From the human T2T-CHM13v2.0 reference genome, Homo sapiens, in the NCBI RefSeq assembly GCF_009914755.1, contig NC_060929.1: a stretch of DNA of 64,000 nucleotides; one strand, given 5' to 3'. Under the pieces are notes generated by a model. It saw only the letters and a program-made list of their open reading frames with translations. It made no database searches and was not told the DNA's origin. Within the stretch, counting starts at the first letter, position 1, and each line of letters begins with the position of its first letter. Made by a program: the position numbers and the translations under genes. Of this stretch, positions 38,064 through 49,951 are shown one piece after another.

Positions 38064-40174
38064 TACTATGAATTGAATATCTGTGTCTGCATTCCTCCAG
38101 ATTCCTATGTTGAAACCCTAACCTGCTAGATGATTGTATTAGAAGGTGGGGTCTTTGGGAGGTGGTTATGTCATAAGCGTGGAGCCCTCATGAATTGAAT
38201 TAATGCCTTTATAAAAAATGCCTCAGAGAGGCCCCTTGCCCCTTTCGCCATGTGAGGATGCAACAAGAAGACAGCGTCTATGAATCAGGAAGTGAGCCCT
38301 CACCAGACACCAAATTTGCTACTGCCTTGATCTTAGACTTTTCAGCCTCTAGAACTGAGAGAAATAAATTTCTGTTGTTTATAAGCTACCTTGCCTGTGG
38401 TATTTTGTTGAAGCAGCCCAAATAAACTAAGACAGAAAACTGGTCTGACAAGGGGGTGCTCCTGTGATAAATACCTAAAAATGTGGAAGTGGTTTTGGAA
38501 CTGGGTAATGGATACAGGCTGAAAGAATTTTGAGGTGCATACTAGGAAAGGCCCCATTGTTATGAACTGATCTTTAAGGGTAATTATGGTGAGGGCCCAG
38601 AAAGAAAAGAGCACTAAGAAGCCTCAATCTTCCTAGAGAATACCTAAGGAATCTTGAACAGAATGTCGGTAGGAATCTGGATGGTAAAGGCCATTCTGAT
38701 GAGGTCTCAGGCAGAAATGAGGAACACGTTACTGAAAACTGAAGAAAAGGTGATCCTTGTTATAAAGAAGTGAAGCACTTGGCTGAATTTTGCTCATGTT
38801 CTAGGCTTTTGTGGAAAGTAGAACTTGTGAGTGGCAAAATTGACTGAGGCAATTTCTAAGCAAAGGGTTGAAGGTGCCCCTTGGCTTCTTTGACTGCTTG
38901 TAGTAAAATGAAAGAAGAGAAAGATGACTTAAAGATGGAGTTTTTCATCAAAAGAGAGGTGGACTTTATCAATTTGGAAAATTCTCAGCCTATCCATATT
39001 GAAAAGAAAGACTGTTTAGGTGAGTATTCTAAGGATGTGGTATAAAATAAAATAAAATAAAATAAAAAATAAAAAAAAACTACTGATAAGATTAGTCAAC
39101 CATCTCAAAAAAAAGGCAGAAGCTATTGTCTAAGAGGGGCCACCTGCAAAGGAGAGGCCCCCTGAACCCACAGGACCTCTATGAGTGCTGTCCATGCTGT
39201 CTCACATCACAGGCTCTGTTCCCTACACTCCAGCACCATGCTCCTTGGCTGCCCCAGGTGCAGAACCAGTGGCCTCAGCGCAGCATGGTCAGCACCCAGC
39301 ATAGCTTTGGGGACAGGGCTGCCTGGAGCTGCGAGGGCCCAATTCTTGCCCAGCAAAGTTTTAGGGGGCAGAACTATCATCCCAGTGGGTTCAAAAGGCG
39401 GGACCTCTGCCACTGTGGGCCTGGAGGGCACAGCATTGAGCCAAAGAGGATTATTCTTGAGCTTTAAGATCTAAAGGATTTGCCCTTTTGGGTTTCAGCC
39501 TTGCTCAAGACCTTATTTCTCCCTTTTGTAATAGGAATGTTAATCCTATACCTGTCTCACCATCGTATTTTGGAAGCATATTACATGTTTGATGTCACAG
39601 GTTCACAGCTGGAGAACAATTGGCCTCAGAATGAATCAAATCTTAAGTCTCACTCTTATCTGATTTAGATGGTATTTAGATGAGACTTTGGACTTTAGAC
39701 TTTGAGTTGATACTGGAATGAGTTAAGACTTTTGGGGCTATTCGGATGGAATGAATGTGTTTTGCATTTCAGAATGACAGACGTTTTAGGGGCCAAGGGC
39801 AGAATGCTATGGACTGAACATTTGTGTCCACCCCCTCTAAATTCATATGTTGAAATCCTAACACCCAAGGTGATATTAGGAGGTGGGATCTTTGGGAGCT
39901 GATTATGTCATAAGAGTAGAGTCCTTATGAATGGGATTAGTACTTTTATGAAAGAGTTGCTAGAGACCTCCCTTGTCCCTTCCACCATGTGAGGATGTAG
40001 CAAGAAAGAGGTTGCTGTCTATGAGCAGGCAGCAGGCCCCCCACTAGACATTAATCTGCCAGTGCCTTGATCTTGAACTTCCCGGCCTCGAGAACTGTGA
40101 GAAATACATTTCTGTTGTTTACAAGCCACCCCATCTATGGTATTTTGTTATAGTAGCCCAAACAGACTAAGACA
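38064..40174 (+). mobile_element. Full-length MLT1A0-type MaLR: 5' LTR 38064-38434, internal, 3' LTR 39805-40174
   Basis: Two homologous LTRs ending actaagaca enclose an MLT1A-int (aaaatgtggaagtggttttggaactgggtaatgg). Purine tract ggggccaagggcagaa precedes the 3' LTR; TSD aacac/cacac. Confidence 0.92.
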
Positions 40175-40229
40175 CACACTAAACAAAAGTAGGCCTCCAC
40201 CTAGCATGGAGGTACCAGGAGGTAGGAAA

Positions 40230-40488
40230 TCATTTTTGGAAGGGGAACAGACAGAATATGCCTCTTAGTTGTCTTACAAGGACAGCCTAAGGATGAAGCT
40301 GGCACAGACAGAAAGATAGAGCTCTAAAAACATAGAGACATGGAACTAGAGCCCCAATCAAAGCACACCTGAAGCTCACCTGAAGGTCCCGAATTTCTTA
40401 TTATGTGAATAAATATAACCCCTTTTCTGACCAAGTCAGTTTGAGTTGGTTTTCTCTTTCCTGTAACTGAAGGACTTCAACTGATAGA
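40230..40488 (+). mobile_element. Old ERVL LTR 3' part (LTR33/LTR16 group)
   Basis: gcctaaggatgaagc..atcaaagcacacctgaagc..aagtcagtttgagttggttttctc..tgtaactgaaggacttcaactgata. Confidence 0.55.
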
Positions 40489-40564
40489 AGGGAAGAAGAG
40501 TTTCCTTGCCTTTAGACTTTCCAAGACAAGGTAGCAAAGTGAAAAATCAACCAAGTATCAGTGT

Positions 40565-40830
40565 GTATCAGTTAAAATACATTTGGTTGTTACAAAAAGT
40601 TACAAAACATACCCTAACTCAAAGTGACTTAAACAGTAATCAAACATATTATCTCTTATAACCAGAAGTGCCAAAGAAAAGCAAACTCCAAGACTTGAGC
40701 AGCTGAAGAATATCATCAAGCACTGAAGTTCTTTCTTTCTCTCTACTCTATCATCAGCATCAGGATAACCTAAAGCAAAGATGGATGCCATTGACAATGG
40801 AGCTACATCCAACAGAAGAGAGAAGGAACA
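40565..40830 (-). mobile_element. Old MLT1 (MLT1J/K/L-like) LTR fragment
   Basis: tgtatcagttaaaatacatttggttg..ccctaactcaaagtgacttaaac..tatcatcaag..caaagatggatgcc. Confidence 0.6.
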
Positions 40831-41074
40831 CAGAATCCAGGCCTTTGTCTTCAGTATAATATGGTCCGTCTGAGCCAACAGCACATGAAGTAAATGGCTG
40901 TGTGAACGGGAAGCAGGGATGAGATTTGAGAATCGCTGATATGTATATGTATGTGTATGTGTGCATGCATACACATACACACACAGTAATATAGCTAGCC
41001 TTCTGTTTCTTCAAGTTTAGAATAAATCTGGTCTTAAGTACTGCTTTCATCACTGTAATTACACAAACTAATAA

Positions 41075-41330
41075 TTGCTACGTGCTTACCGTATGCCAGA
41101 CATTCTTCTACGTATCTTTACATGCACTATCTCATTAAATCCTCATAACTACAATAGCCCTTTGAGGCTGTTTTTATCATCTCTGCTTTACACAGAAAGC
41201 AACCATTTTATCATCCCTGCTTTACAGAGGAAGCAACTAAAGACACAGAAATGTTAAATAATTTGGACAAGGTCACACAGCTAGTAAGTGAAAGAGCTGA
41301 TAGTTGATTTCAGAAAATCTGAGTACAAGT
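41075..41330 (-). mobile_element. MIR SINE with internal 34-bp tandem duplication
   Basis: tgcttaccgtatgccagac..atctcattaaatcctcataac..ttggacaaggtcacacagctagtaagtg. Confidence 0.85.
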
Positions 41331-41344
41331 TTTAGTATCCAGCA

Positions 41345-41460
41345 GTCCTAGTTTGGATGCTTGGCTCTGTTGTTTTCCAGCTCTGCAATCTTGGGCAAGT
41401 CACTTCACCTCTCTGAGCTTCATGTTCCATGCAATAGGATCATCTGATAGGGTCTGATTT
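41345..41460 (+). mobile_element. MIR SINE fragment
   Basis: ttggctctg..cttgggcaagtcacttcacctctctgagcttca. Confidence 0.75.
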
Positions 41461-41482
41461 ACATCACAGATATACTCATCAC

Positions 41483-42062
41483 TGTGCTGGAGTTCCCTAA
41501 GACTACCCTCAGGTTCAATGATTCACTAAAAGGACTTGGTACTCAGAAAAACTGTGTTCCTTGTGGTTTGATTTAATACCATGAATGGACACACATTAAA
41601 ATCAGTGAAGGGAAAAGGAGCATAGAGCGAAGTCCAGGGAAGACCAGGCACAAGCTTCTGGTTATCCTGTCGCAGTGGAGTTTATGAACAATGCTTCATT
41701 TTCCCAGCAACAACATGTGACGATATGTATAGAATATTGCCAACTGGGGAAGCTCACCTGAGCCTTGGTGACCCCTCACCTCTTGGTGGTAAGGGGTTTT
41801 ACTGGGGATTCTTATTGGGGGTTTTTCATGTAGACATAGAGTACCCACATGGCTGACTGTAGTTATTTGGTCTCTAATCCCTCCCAGGATCAAACTAATA
41901 CAGCCAGGCCCTAGATCCCAGGTATACAAAGATACTCTTATCAGGCAGGATCTTTCAAGAACTTAGATGTCATCTTCTGGGAGACAGTCAAGGACCAATC
42001 CTTTCTTTGGAATATAAATGGTTTGAATGACCCAGGCATGCTGGTTAACCCTTTACTGTACA
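41483..42062 (-). mobile_element. MER21C-like ERVL LTR
   Basis: ccctaagactaccctcaggttcaatgattcacta..attaaaatcagtgaagggaaaagg..gaagctcacctgagccttggtg..ttaaccctttactgtaca. Confidence 0.8.
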
Positions 42063-42580
42063 ATCAGATTTGATGAAATCGGTACCATCACTTGAATCTA
42101 AACATTGGGCCTATCTCATCTAGGCACTTACTTTTCTCTTCTTCACCCCTACCCTCATAGACACAAAGCTACACTTAGCAATTAAGGACTTGAGAGAATC
42201 CCTCCAGCTTCAACTCATTGAGTACCTTTACCTAGCATCTAATTCTCACTATCCCTGGTCCCACAATTAGTAAATACCAATAAACTGCTCGTTTTTATTT
42301 TGGAATCTCAGAACCAAACACTTTTAAAAGGGAAGATTCCTCAAAAGTCATAGAATTTATCCATAGCAAAAAAATGTCAGTGGTTTGGGGTTATACTCTT
42401 TATGATAAATGTATCAAACTGTTTCCTCTAAAAATCAGATGATCACTTTTCATTTTATTCATGCATATGTAGACAGATCAAGATGTTTACTTTCTGTTTG
42501 GAAGTCTATTCCAATAATCTCAAAGCTTTTTAAATTGCCTACTCCATCTCTGAAATAATTTTGACTTAGCCTCTCCAATA

Positions 42581-43154
42581 TAGTCATGCGTCATTTAAAA
42601 CATTTCTGAGAAATGCATCATTAAGCAATTTCATCGTCATGTGAACATCATAGAGTGTACTTACACAGACCTAGATGATATAGCCTACTATACAGCGAGG
42701 TTACATGGTAAAGCCTGTTACTCCTAGGCTACAAACCTGTACAGCATGTTACTGTACTGAATACTGCAGGTAATCATAACACAATGGTATTTGTGCATCT
42801 AAACATAGAAAAGGCACAGTAAAAATACAACATGAAAGATAAAAAACAGTACACCTATATAGTGCACTTACCATGAATGGAGCTTGCGGGACTAGAAGTT
42901 GCTCTGGATGAATCAGGGAGTGAGTGGTGAGTAAATGTAAAAACCTAGGACATTACTGTGCACTACTGTAGAGTGTATAAACACTGTACACTTAGGCTAA
43001 ATTTATAAAAAATAAAGTAATTGCACTATGATGTTATAATGGCTATGACATCACTAGGTGATAGGAATTTCCCAGCTCCATTATAATCTTATGGGGATGC
43101 TGTCATATATGTTGTCTGTTGTTGAACAAAACATCGTTATGCAATGCATGACTG
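42581..43154. mobile_element. Tigger3-family non-autonomous element (Tigger3c/MER7-like), complete
   Basis: TIRs tagtcatgcg.. and ..gcatgactg are flanked by TA on both sides; internal cctaggctacaaacctgtacagcatgttactgtactgaatac. Confidence 0.9.
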
Positions 43155-44221
43155 TATGTACATATACGTATATATAAATTTATAAAATGTGCACATGTAT
43201 ACTGCTGTACTAATATAATGTATATATAACAAATCACATTCTCAATAGAAATCTTCAGAGGGTAAAATTTAAAAGTAAATCTAAATGGGAATTCTAACAC
43301 TATCTTCTCTTAATTGAGGGGATCATCTTGTAAACCCCTTGGGGTACACACCTCCAGTGTGGATATGATTGTTCTTCACATTGAAACCACATCCCAGTCC
43401 CTTAATGTCATACTATCCTGCTGACCTAGAATTCATGCCATCTACCCTGAGGCCCTCACTGTTATAACCTTATTGTAACAGCATTGTGGTCCAGAGGATA
43501 TGATTTGATAAAGCAGTAGGATAAAAGAATCAATATGTCTGAAATAACGCAAAGCAATGGAATGTGAACTGTGTGGTAAGGGAACTGGGGATTCAAGGCA
43601 CTCTCCAGATGCTGGATTTACTGGATGAGGGTCATTAGGAAGGGCCCATAAAAGAGGGAGCTATATGGTTGGCCTTTAAGATGGATGGGATTGGGTTGGA
43701 AGGTAAAAGTATAAGGTGAGCCAAGGCCTGAAGGAAGGATTAAATGTGACCCAAACTGGGGCAAGTGTAGACCAGCCCAACTAAAAAGCCCAACCCAGTC
43801 CAACCTCAAAGCTCTTGACTTCTTCTCCCAGTGGGCTACTAAAGTAATTCAATCTGGTTCCTTTCCTAACTCTCAGGAGCTCCAGAGGCTGACAGCTGTC
43901 CTCTCAGGCCTCATCTGTCAAGGTAACTAAGGAATGTCCATAGTTCTCACAGGATAGCCCTCTGCAAACTCCTTCCCCTGGATTTTTAGCCTCTGGCTGG
44001 CTTTCAGGCCCTTCCCCAGGTAGTCATAATAACTAAGCTTCCTCTAAGCGGGACAGAGTTGGGCAGATGATGGGTGGGGAGTTTTAGTCAGGGTTAGAGC
44101 CTTTTTGCTACGGTAAGTAATTCATGCACCCAACCTCAAAGTTTTGCCCATATAGTGATGTACTAGGTTCAGCTTTCCTTTAAATAGTGTGCAATGCAGA
44201 AAAAGATAGTTTTGTTGAACT

Positions 44222-45168
44222 GTCAACAGAGTAAACAGACAACCTAAGGAATGGGAGAAAATTTTTGCAAACTATGGGTCTGACAAAGGTGTAATATCCA
44301 GCATCTATAAGGAACTTAAACAAATTTACAAAGAAAAAATGAACAACCCCATTAAAAAGTGGGTAAAGGGCATGAACAGATACTTTTCAAAGAAAATACA
44401 CATGTGGCTGACAAGCATATGAAAAAAAGCTCAACATCACTAATCATTAAAGAAATGCAAATCAAAACCACAATGTGATATCATCTCATACCAATAACAG
44501 GTGCTGGTGAAGTTGTGGAGAAAAAGGAACAGTTATACACTGTTGGTGGGAATGTAAATTAGTTCAGCCATTGTGGAAAGTAGCTTGGTGATTCTTCAAA
44601 GACCTAAAAACAGAACTACCATTCGATTCAGCAATCCCATTACCGGGTATATACCTGTAGGAATATAAATTGTTCTATCATAAAGACACATGTATACATG
44701 TGTTCATTTTGGCACTATGTACAATAGCAAAGAAATGGAATAAACCTAAATGCCCACCAATGGTAGACTGGATAAAGACAATGTGGTACATATATACCAC
44801 GGAACACTATGCAGCCATAAAGAAGAATAAAATCATGTCCTTTGCAAAACATGGATGGAACTGGAGGCCATCATCCTTAGCAAACTAATGCAGGAACAGA
44901 AAACCAAATACCACATGTTCTCACTTAAAAGTGGGAGCTAAATGTTGAGAACACATGGACACAAAGGGGAACAACAGACACAGAACTATCAGAGGATGGA
45001 GCATAGGAGGAGAGAGAGGATTAGAAAAAATAACTAATGGGTACTAGGCTTAATACCTGGGTGATAAAAATAATCTGTACAACAAACCCCCATGAAACAA
45101 GTTCACCTATGTAACAAACCTGCACATGTACTCATGAATTTAAAATAAAAGTTAAAAAAAAAAAAAAA
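44222..45168 (+). mobile_element. 5'-truncated primate L1PA (older, L1PA11-15-like): ORF2 end, 3' UTR and poly(A)
   Basis: ORF 44670-44888 contains KKWNKPKCPPMVDWIKTMWYIYTTEHYAAIKKN. The 3' end reads aataaaagtt(A)15, with a possible TSD ttgaact at 44215-44221 and 45170-45176. Confidence 0.93.
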
Positions 45169-45177
45169 CTTGAACTT

Positions 45178-45300
45178 CAGTTTCCGTTTTCCAGTAATGG
45201 TAGGCTAGGTTACCTTACCCAACCCTCCTGCTGAAAATACGTAATGTTGTGGAATAAAATACTTAAAAATATATTTGTAAAGCATTGAAGAGAAAAAAAG
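45178..45300 (+). mobile_element. Old L1ME-type 5' end fragment
   Basis: ttccagtaatggtaggctaggttacc..ccaaccctcctgctgaaaatac..ggaataaaatac. Confidence 0.5.
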
Positions 45301-45984
45301 TGTGCAATGGGCCAAGGTTGAAATAATATCGCACTGATACATCAACTCCCTCATTAAAGTTCACTTAGGATCACACCCCTGGGAATGTCTCCTCTGCTGA
45401 GAGTGGGCCTGCAGAAAGCTCTCTGAGAAGGGGTGAGGATAGTGGGTGCTGTGGTAGGAAATCTGCATTAATGGAATTGAAAATTAATTGGCGTGTGTGT
45501 GGTAACAGGAAAAATGAAGGAACAGATGTTGAGCCAAGGCCAATTGCCAGCACACAGAGATGGATTGCCTGTCTTTCTGCCAGGGCTCACTCGAGCTCCT
45601 AGGAGAAACTGTTTTGCTACCTCAAGGTCTTAATGGAACATTAGTCAGGGCTATGGGGACTAAGCTTTTGCCAAAGAGATGTCATTCTAGACCAGATTTC
45701 GAAAAGGCAGTGGGAGCCAGGGGCTCTGCTCTTTGTGTGCTCTGTCAGACCCACCCCTTCCAGGCTCATGAGCTCCTGTAGCAGCTTCAGAGGCAAAACC
45801 GAAGGAGCCCATTGTTTTCTATCGCACACACTGTGTGCAGTGCCTGAGACATTAAGTTGCCACTCCATCTCCAGACTCAATCCAGCCACACCACAGGCCA
45901 CAAGCGGCAGGCCTTGTCCTCCGCAGCATTAAGAACTGTTAGGGCATGGGGCTTCTGCAGAGATGGGTTTCCATGCATAATGCC

Positions 45985-47145
45985 ATTCATTCATTCATTC
46001 ACTGCAAAGACATGGTGAGCACTCCCATTGTGCTTTGTGCGAGCACTAGCATAAGCATTGAGATAGGTCGGTAAACGAGACAGACAAATGTTCTCATCCT
46101 CACAGAGCATACATTCCAATGGGAGGAGAAATCCATAAACAATAACTATAATGAGTACGTTACATTTTTTGTTGAAGGGGATATGTTGTACTATGGATGA
46201 CAGGAAAAAGTAAAGCAAGGTAAAGGGGATAGGATAGTGCCAGGGGCAAACACCAATGACAACGTTGAATAGAATGCTAGGTGTATTAGGCCATTCTTGC
46301 ATTGCTATAAAGAAATACCTGAGACTGGGTAATTTATAAAGAAAAGAGGTTTAATTGGCTCATGGTTCTGCAGGCTGTGCAAACATGGCGCCAGCATCTA
46401 TTAGGCTTCTGGGGAGGCCTCAGGGAGCTTTCACTCATGTCAGAAGGCAGAGCAGAAGCAGGCACTTCACACGGTGAATGCAGGAGTAAGAGAGAGAGAG
46501 TGGGGTGGAGGGAGGTGCTATACATTTTTAAATGACCAGGTCTCGTGAACTCACAGTGAGAGCTTACCACCAAGGAGATGACCCAAGCCATTCATGAGGG
46601 ATCTGCCCCATGATTCAAACATCTCCCACCAGGCTCCACCTCCAATGGTGGGGATTACATCTCAACATGAGATTTGGAGAGGACATCCAAACTATATCGC
46701 TAGAGTGGCTATTTCATTCAAGCGAGTCAAGCACACATTGATATCTGGGGGAAGAGTAGTCCAGGCCATGGGAGCAGCCAGTGCAGAAGCCCAAAGCTGG
46801 GAGGGCATGAGCAGAGTGAGCAGGGGAGAAACGAGTAGGAAATGAGGTCAAAGGGGAACAGGGCCACAGTACGGAGGGCCTTAAAGGCCATTGTAAGGCC
46901 CTGGCCTTTGGCTCTGAGTGAAATGGGAGCCATTGCAGGATTTTGAGCAGAGGAGAGCCACGATGTGACATGTTTCAAAAGGATCCCTCCAGCTGCAATG
47001 TTGAGAATAAACTGTAGGGGACAATTATAGACACGGGAAGATGAGTTAGGAGTACATTGCAGTAATCCAAGCAAGAGATGATGGTGGCTTAGATCAGGGC
47101 ATAAGCAATGAAAGTCGAAGAAGCAATTGAAGTCTGGATATATTC
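45985..47145 (-). mobile_element. L2 (L2a-like) 3' region including (TTCA)n tail, interrupted by MST LTR
   Basis: cattcattcattcattc tail; ctctgagtgaaatgggagccattgcaggattttgagcagaggag; attgcagtaatccaagcaagagatgatggtggctt. Confidence 0.88.
46282..46699 (-). mobile_element. MSTA-type MaLR solo LTR
   Basis: tgtattaggccattcttgcattgctataaagaaatacctgagactggg..catccaaactatatcg; TSD ctagg/ctaga. Confidence 0.92.
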
Positions 47146-47287
47146 TTTCGAGACTCTTCTTTATTTATATTTGAGTTTCCCAGAGTATAAGTTACTGCAT
47201 TCCCTTTGCTGTGTATTAGTTTCTCACTCTATCTTGAATTTCCCAACCATATGTTTTCATGTAACACTCATGAAAATAAACCTTGGA

Positions 47288-47576
47288 GGCCAGGCACTGT
47301 GGCTCACATCTGTAATCTCAGCACTTTGGGAGGCCAAGGTAGGTGGATCACCTGAGGTCAGGAGTTTAAGACCAGCCTGGCCAACATGGTGAAACCCTGT
47401 CTCTACTAAAAATACAAAAATTAGCTGGGCATGGTGGCACATGCCTGTAATCCCAACTACATGGGAGGCTGAGGCAGGAGAATCGCTTGAACCCGGGAAG
47501 CAGAGGTTGCACCACTGCACTCCAGCCTCAGTGACAGAGTAAGACTCTGTCTCAAAAAAATAAATAAATAAAATAA
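47288..47576 (+). mobile_element. AluSx-like with ~16-bp right-arm deletion
   Basis: ggatcacctgaggtcagg diagnostic; perfect 15-bp TSD aaaataaaccttgga at 47273-47287 and 47577-47591. Confidence 0.96.
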
Positions 47577-49770
47577 AAAATAAACCTTGGAAAACGTTTC
47601 AATGTCTAAGCCTTAAGGCAAAAACTGGTAACTGGCCATCTACTGGCTATATCTGGTATAAAGTGGGGTTTTGTTTTGTTTTGTTTTAACTGAGCCAGCA
47701 TTCTAAGAACAAGTGATTCACATAAACTCTGAATTCCTAGCTTCACTTGAAAAAAAAGAAAGGAATATCTGATAATGCATTTTCTCATGGCAGTCATCAG
47801 CTGTATTTCAGTAGCTATCCCCATTGTCCCTATTTGGCCCCCTTCACACATTGAGGTTACTGCCCTGGATCACATAGGCATTAGGGTTTATAAACTGCCC
47901 AAGTCCAGGAGGAGCTTCGAGGAGGAAGAAGACAAGTAGCGATGTTGATTGAGACCACAGGTACTGATAGTCCCTTAGGTCCCAAGTACCACTGGGACAT
48001 AAGCAGACAACAAAGTTCAAAGCTCATCTGTCTACACAAATAGTCTCTTTGGATTTTCTCTGTAGGCACCTGTCTCTCTCCCTCAGTCCCTCTTGTCCCC
48101 TCTCACAAAACTGGTATGATGAGAGTAGCCAGACCTCTTCCAATGTGTGAAGACAATTGCTTCTCTCTCATTCTCCCTGTAGAGAGCCCAGTGGGTCCAA
48201 CACGGGGTCCAGGTATCAGGACATAGGGAGTGGGTGGCAGACCCCACATGCTCTAGACTTTAGGGAGAATTTCACTCTCTCTTGCTCTTGTGTTTATTAT
48301 TTTCTGCCCTTTATTGCCTTCTGACTGGTACAGCTTGTGGGGCCAACACTAGTATGAGCTTGTGTGTAACAGACTTAAGCCATAGACCTTGAGCCTAAGG
48401 GACAAAAGCCACTTGAGATCCAGTCCAGCTCTCCGAAGCCAGGGACCTTAAGGAGGTCTCTGGGCCCAAATTTCTCAAGTCAGGAAATGTCCGTTTGTTT
48501 AGAATTTCTTTTGTGAACCTGTAGTATCTATAAAGAAAGAGTCAAAGAGTTGGTGACCAAGGGTCATCTCTCTACATAAGAGCCTCATGGACCTCAACTA
48601 AGAGTGCTTAGTAAATGAGACATATTTTGAAAGTCATAATTCCTGAACTCCTTAGGAAAAGACAAGGGAAGACTCACCGTGCTCTTCTCCTCTCTTGCTA
48701 TGAATCTTGAGGATGCAACAACAGGGTCTACCTCACTCAAGTGTACAGTTCAACCTCAACTGTATGCTCTTTTCCTTGGCCCTTACCAAAATCATCCCAC
48801 ACGTGATGAGATTTGAAATTCCAACTCTTCCATTCCAAAATGAGAAAGAAGACTTCAAATGCCAACTGTAGAAAACAAGCCCTTTGGCAGCACTGGTCCT
48901 ATGAATGTCCCAGGATAGCAGAGAAGGCAGAGATCATGAGACAAAGTATCCAGGTGAGTTTCTGACCATCTTTCCTCACACAATGAGAAGCAAGCAATAT
49001 CATTGTCAGGCCGGATTCATAGGAGAAAATGTTCACAAAAGTTTTATAACATATCCTCATCTCTTCCTACTTCCCATCCTTCTATCACCATGGCAACCCA
49101 CATTTTATAAAGGCAGGAGACAAGATTTGTGAATCTTAGCTCCTTGACTTTCAGACCTCTTTAACATTAAGTTTTTCTCAGTACTTTTCAAGAACATAAG
49201 TTACCTAACTTGTATATTGCAGGGGAGAGGATTCCTAGGGAGGAATGTGGGAAATACCAGAGAACTTCTAAATGGTTATCCAGATGTAGCAGGAGAGTAA
49301 TCATGCTAATGGCTGATCATTTAAATCTATTTCACCAAGGGAAGAAGATGTCAGGCTCCCAACTAAGACAGCATGGGGAAATGTTTACCACACATCTGAG
49401 GTCACTCCCAACCTGTTTGAATGTTAGAACTTCTTATCATTAAAATTTTTCCTGGAGTGCTTATTGTTATAGATAAATAGATTCATCTGGGAGAAATGAC
49501 ATACATACTCCAATTCTCACTAAGGTAGAAATGACTGACTCCAGATCACTCCTGAGGACAGTTTTAAATAAAGGAAGGGGGGGACAACAGATAAACACTA
49601 TGGAGAAAAGAAAATCAACCGACTAGAAAAGTTAGTAAGCAATAGGTACAGAAAACGCCACAGAATGGATTTAAATAGTTTGCTTTTGGACGTATGAATT
49701 AAACTTGAAATGGAGATTTTAAAGATGGTCTTTGCCCTCACAAAGGAGCTTACACAGTGAGTTGATAGAG

Positions 49771-49951
49771 ATTTATTTATTTATTTTAGATTTTATTTAT
49801 TTATTTTAGCTTTTATTCATTTGTTTATTTATTTTAGAGACAGGGTCTTTCTGTGTTGCCCAGGCTGGTCTTGAACTTCTGGCCTTAAGTGATTCTCCCA
49901 TCTTGGCCTCCCAAAGAGCTAGGATTACAGGCTTGACCCACCACGCTAGCC
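49771..49951 (-). mobile_element. FLAM_C / AluJ left monomer with (TTTA)n-derived tail
   Basis: tagagacagggtctttctgtgttgcccaggctggtcttgaac..ggattacagg..; single monomer. Confidence 0.88.

Noticed and set aside
44670-44888. L1 ORF2 as an active coding region
   Set aside because: About 0.95-kb 5'-truncated copy with frameshifts and an internal deletion.
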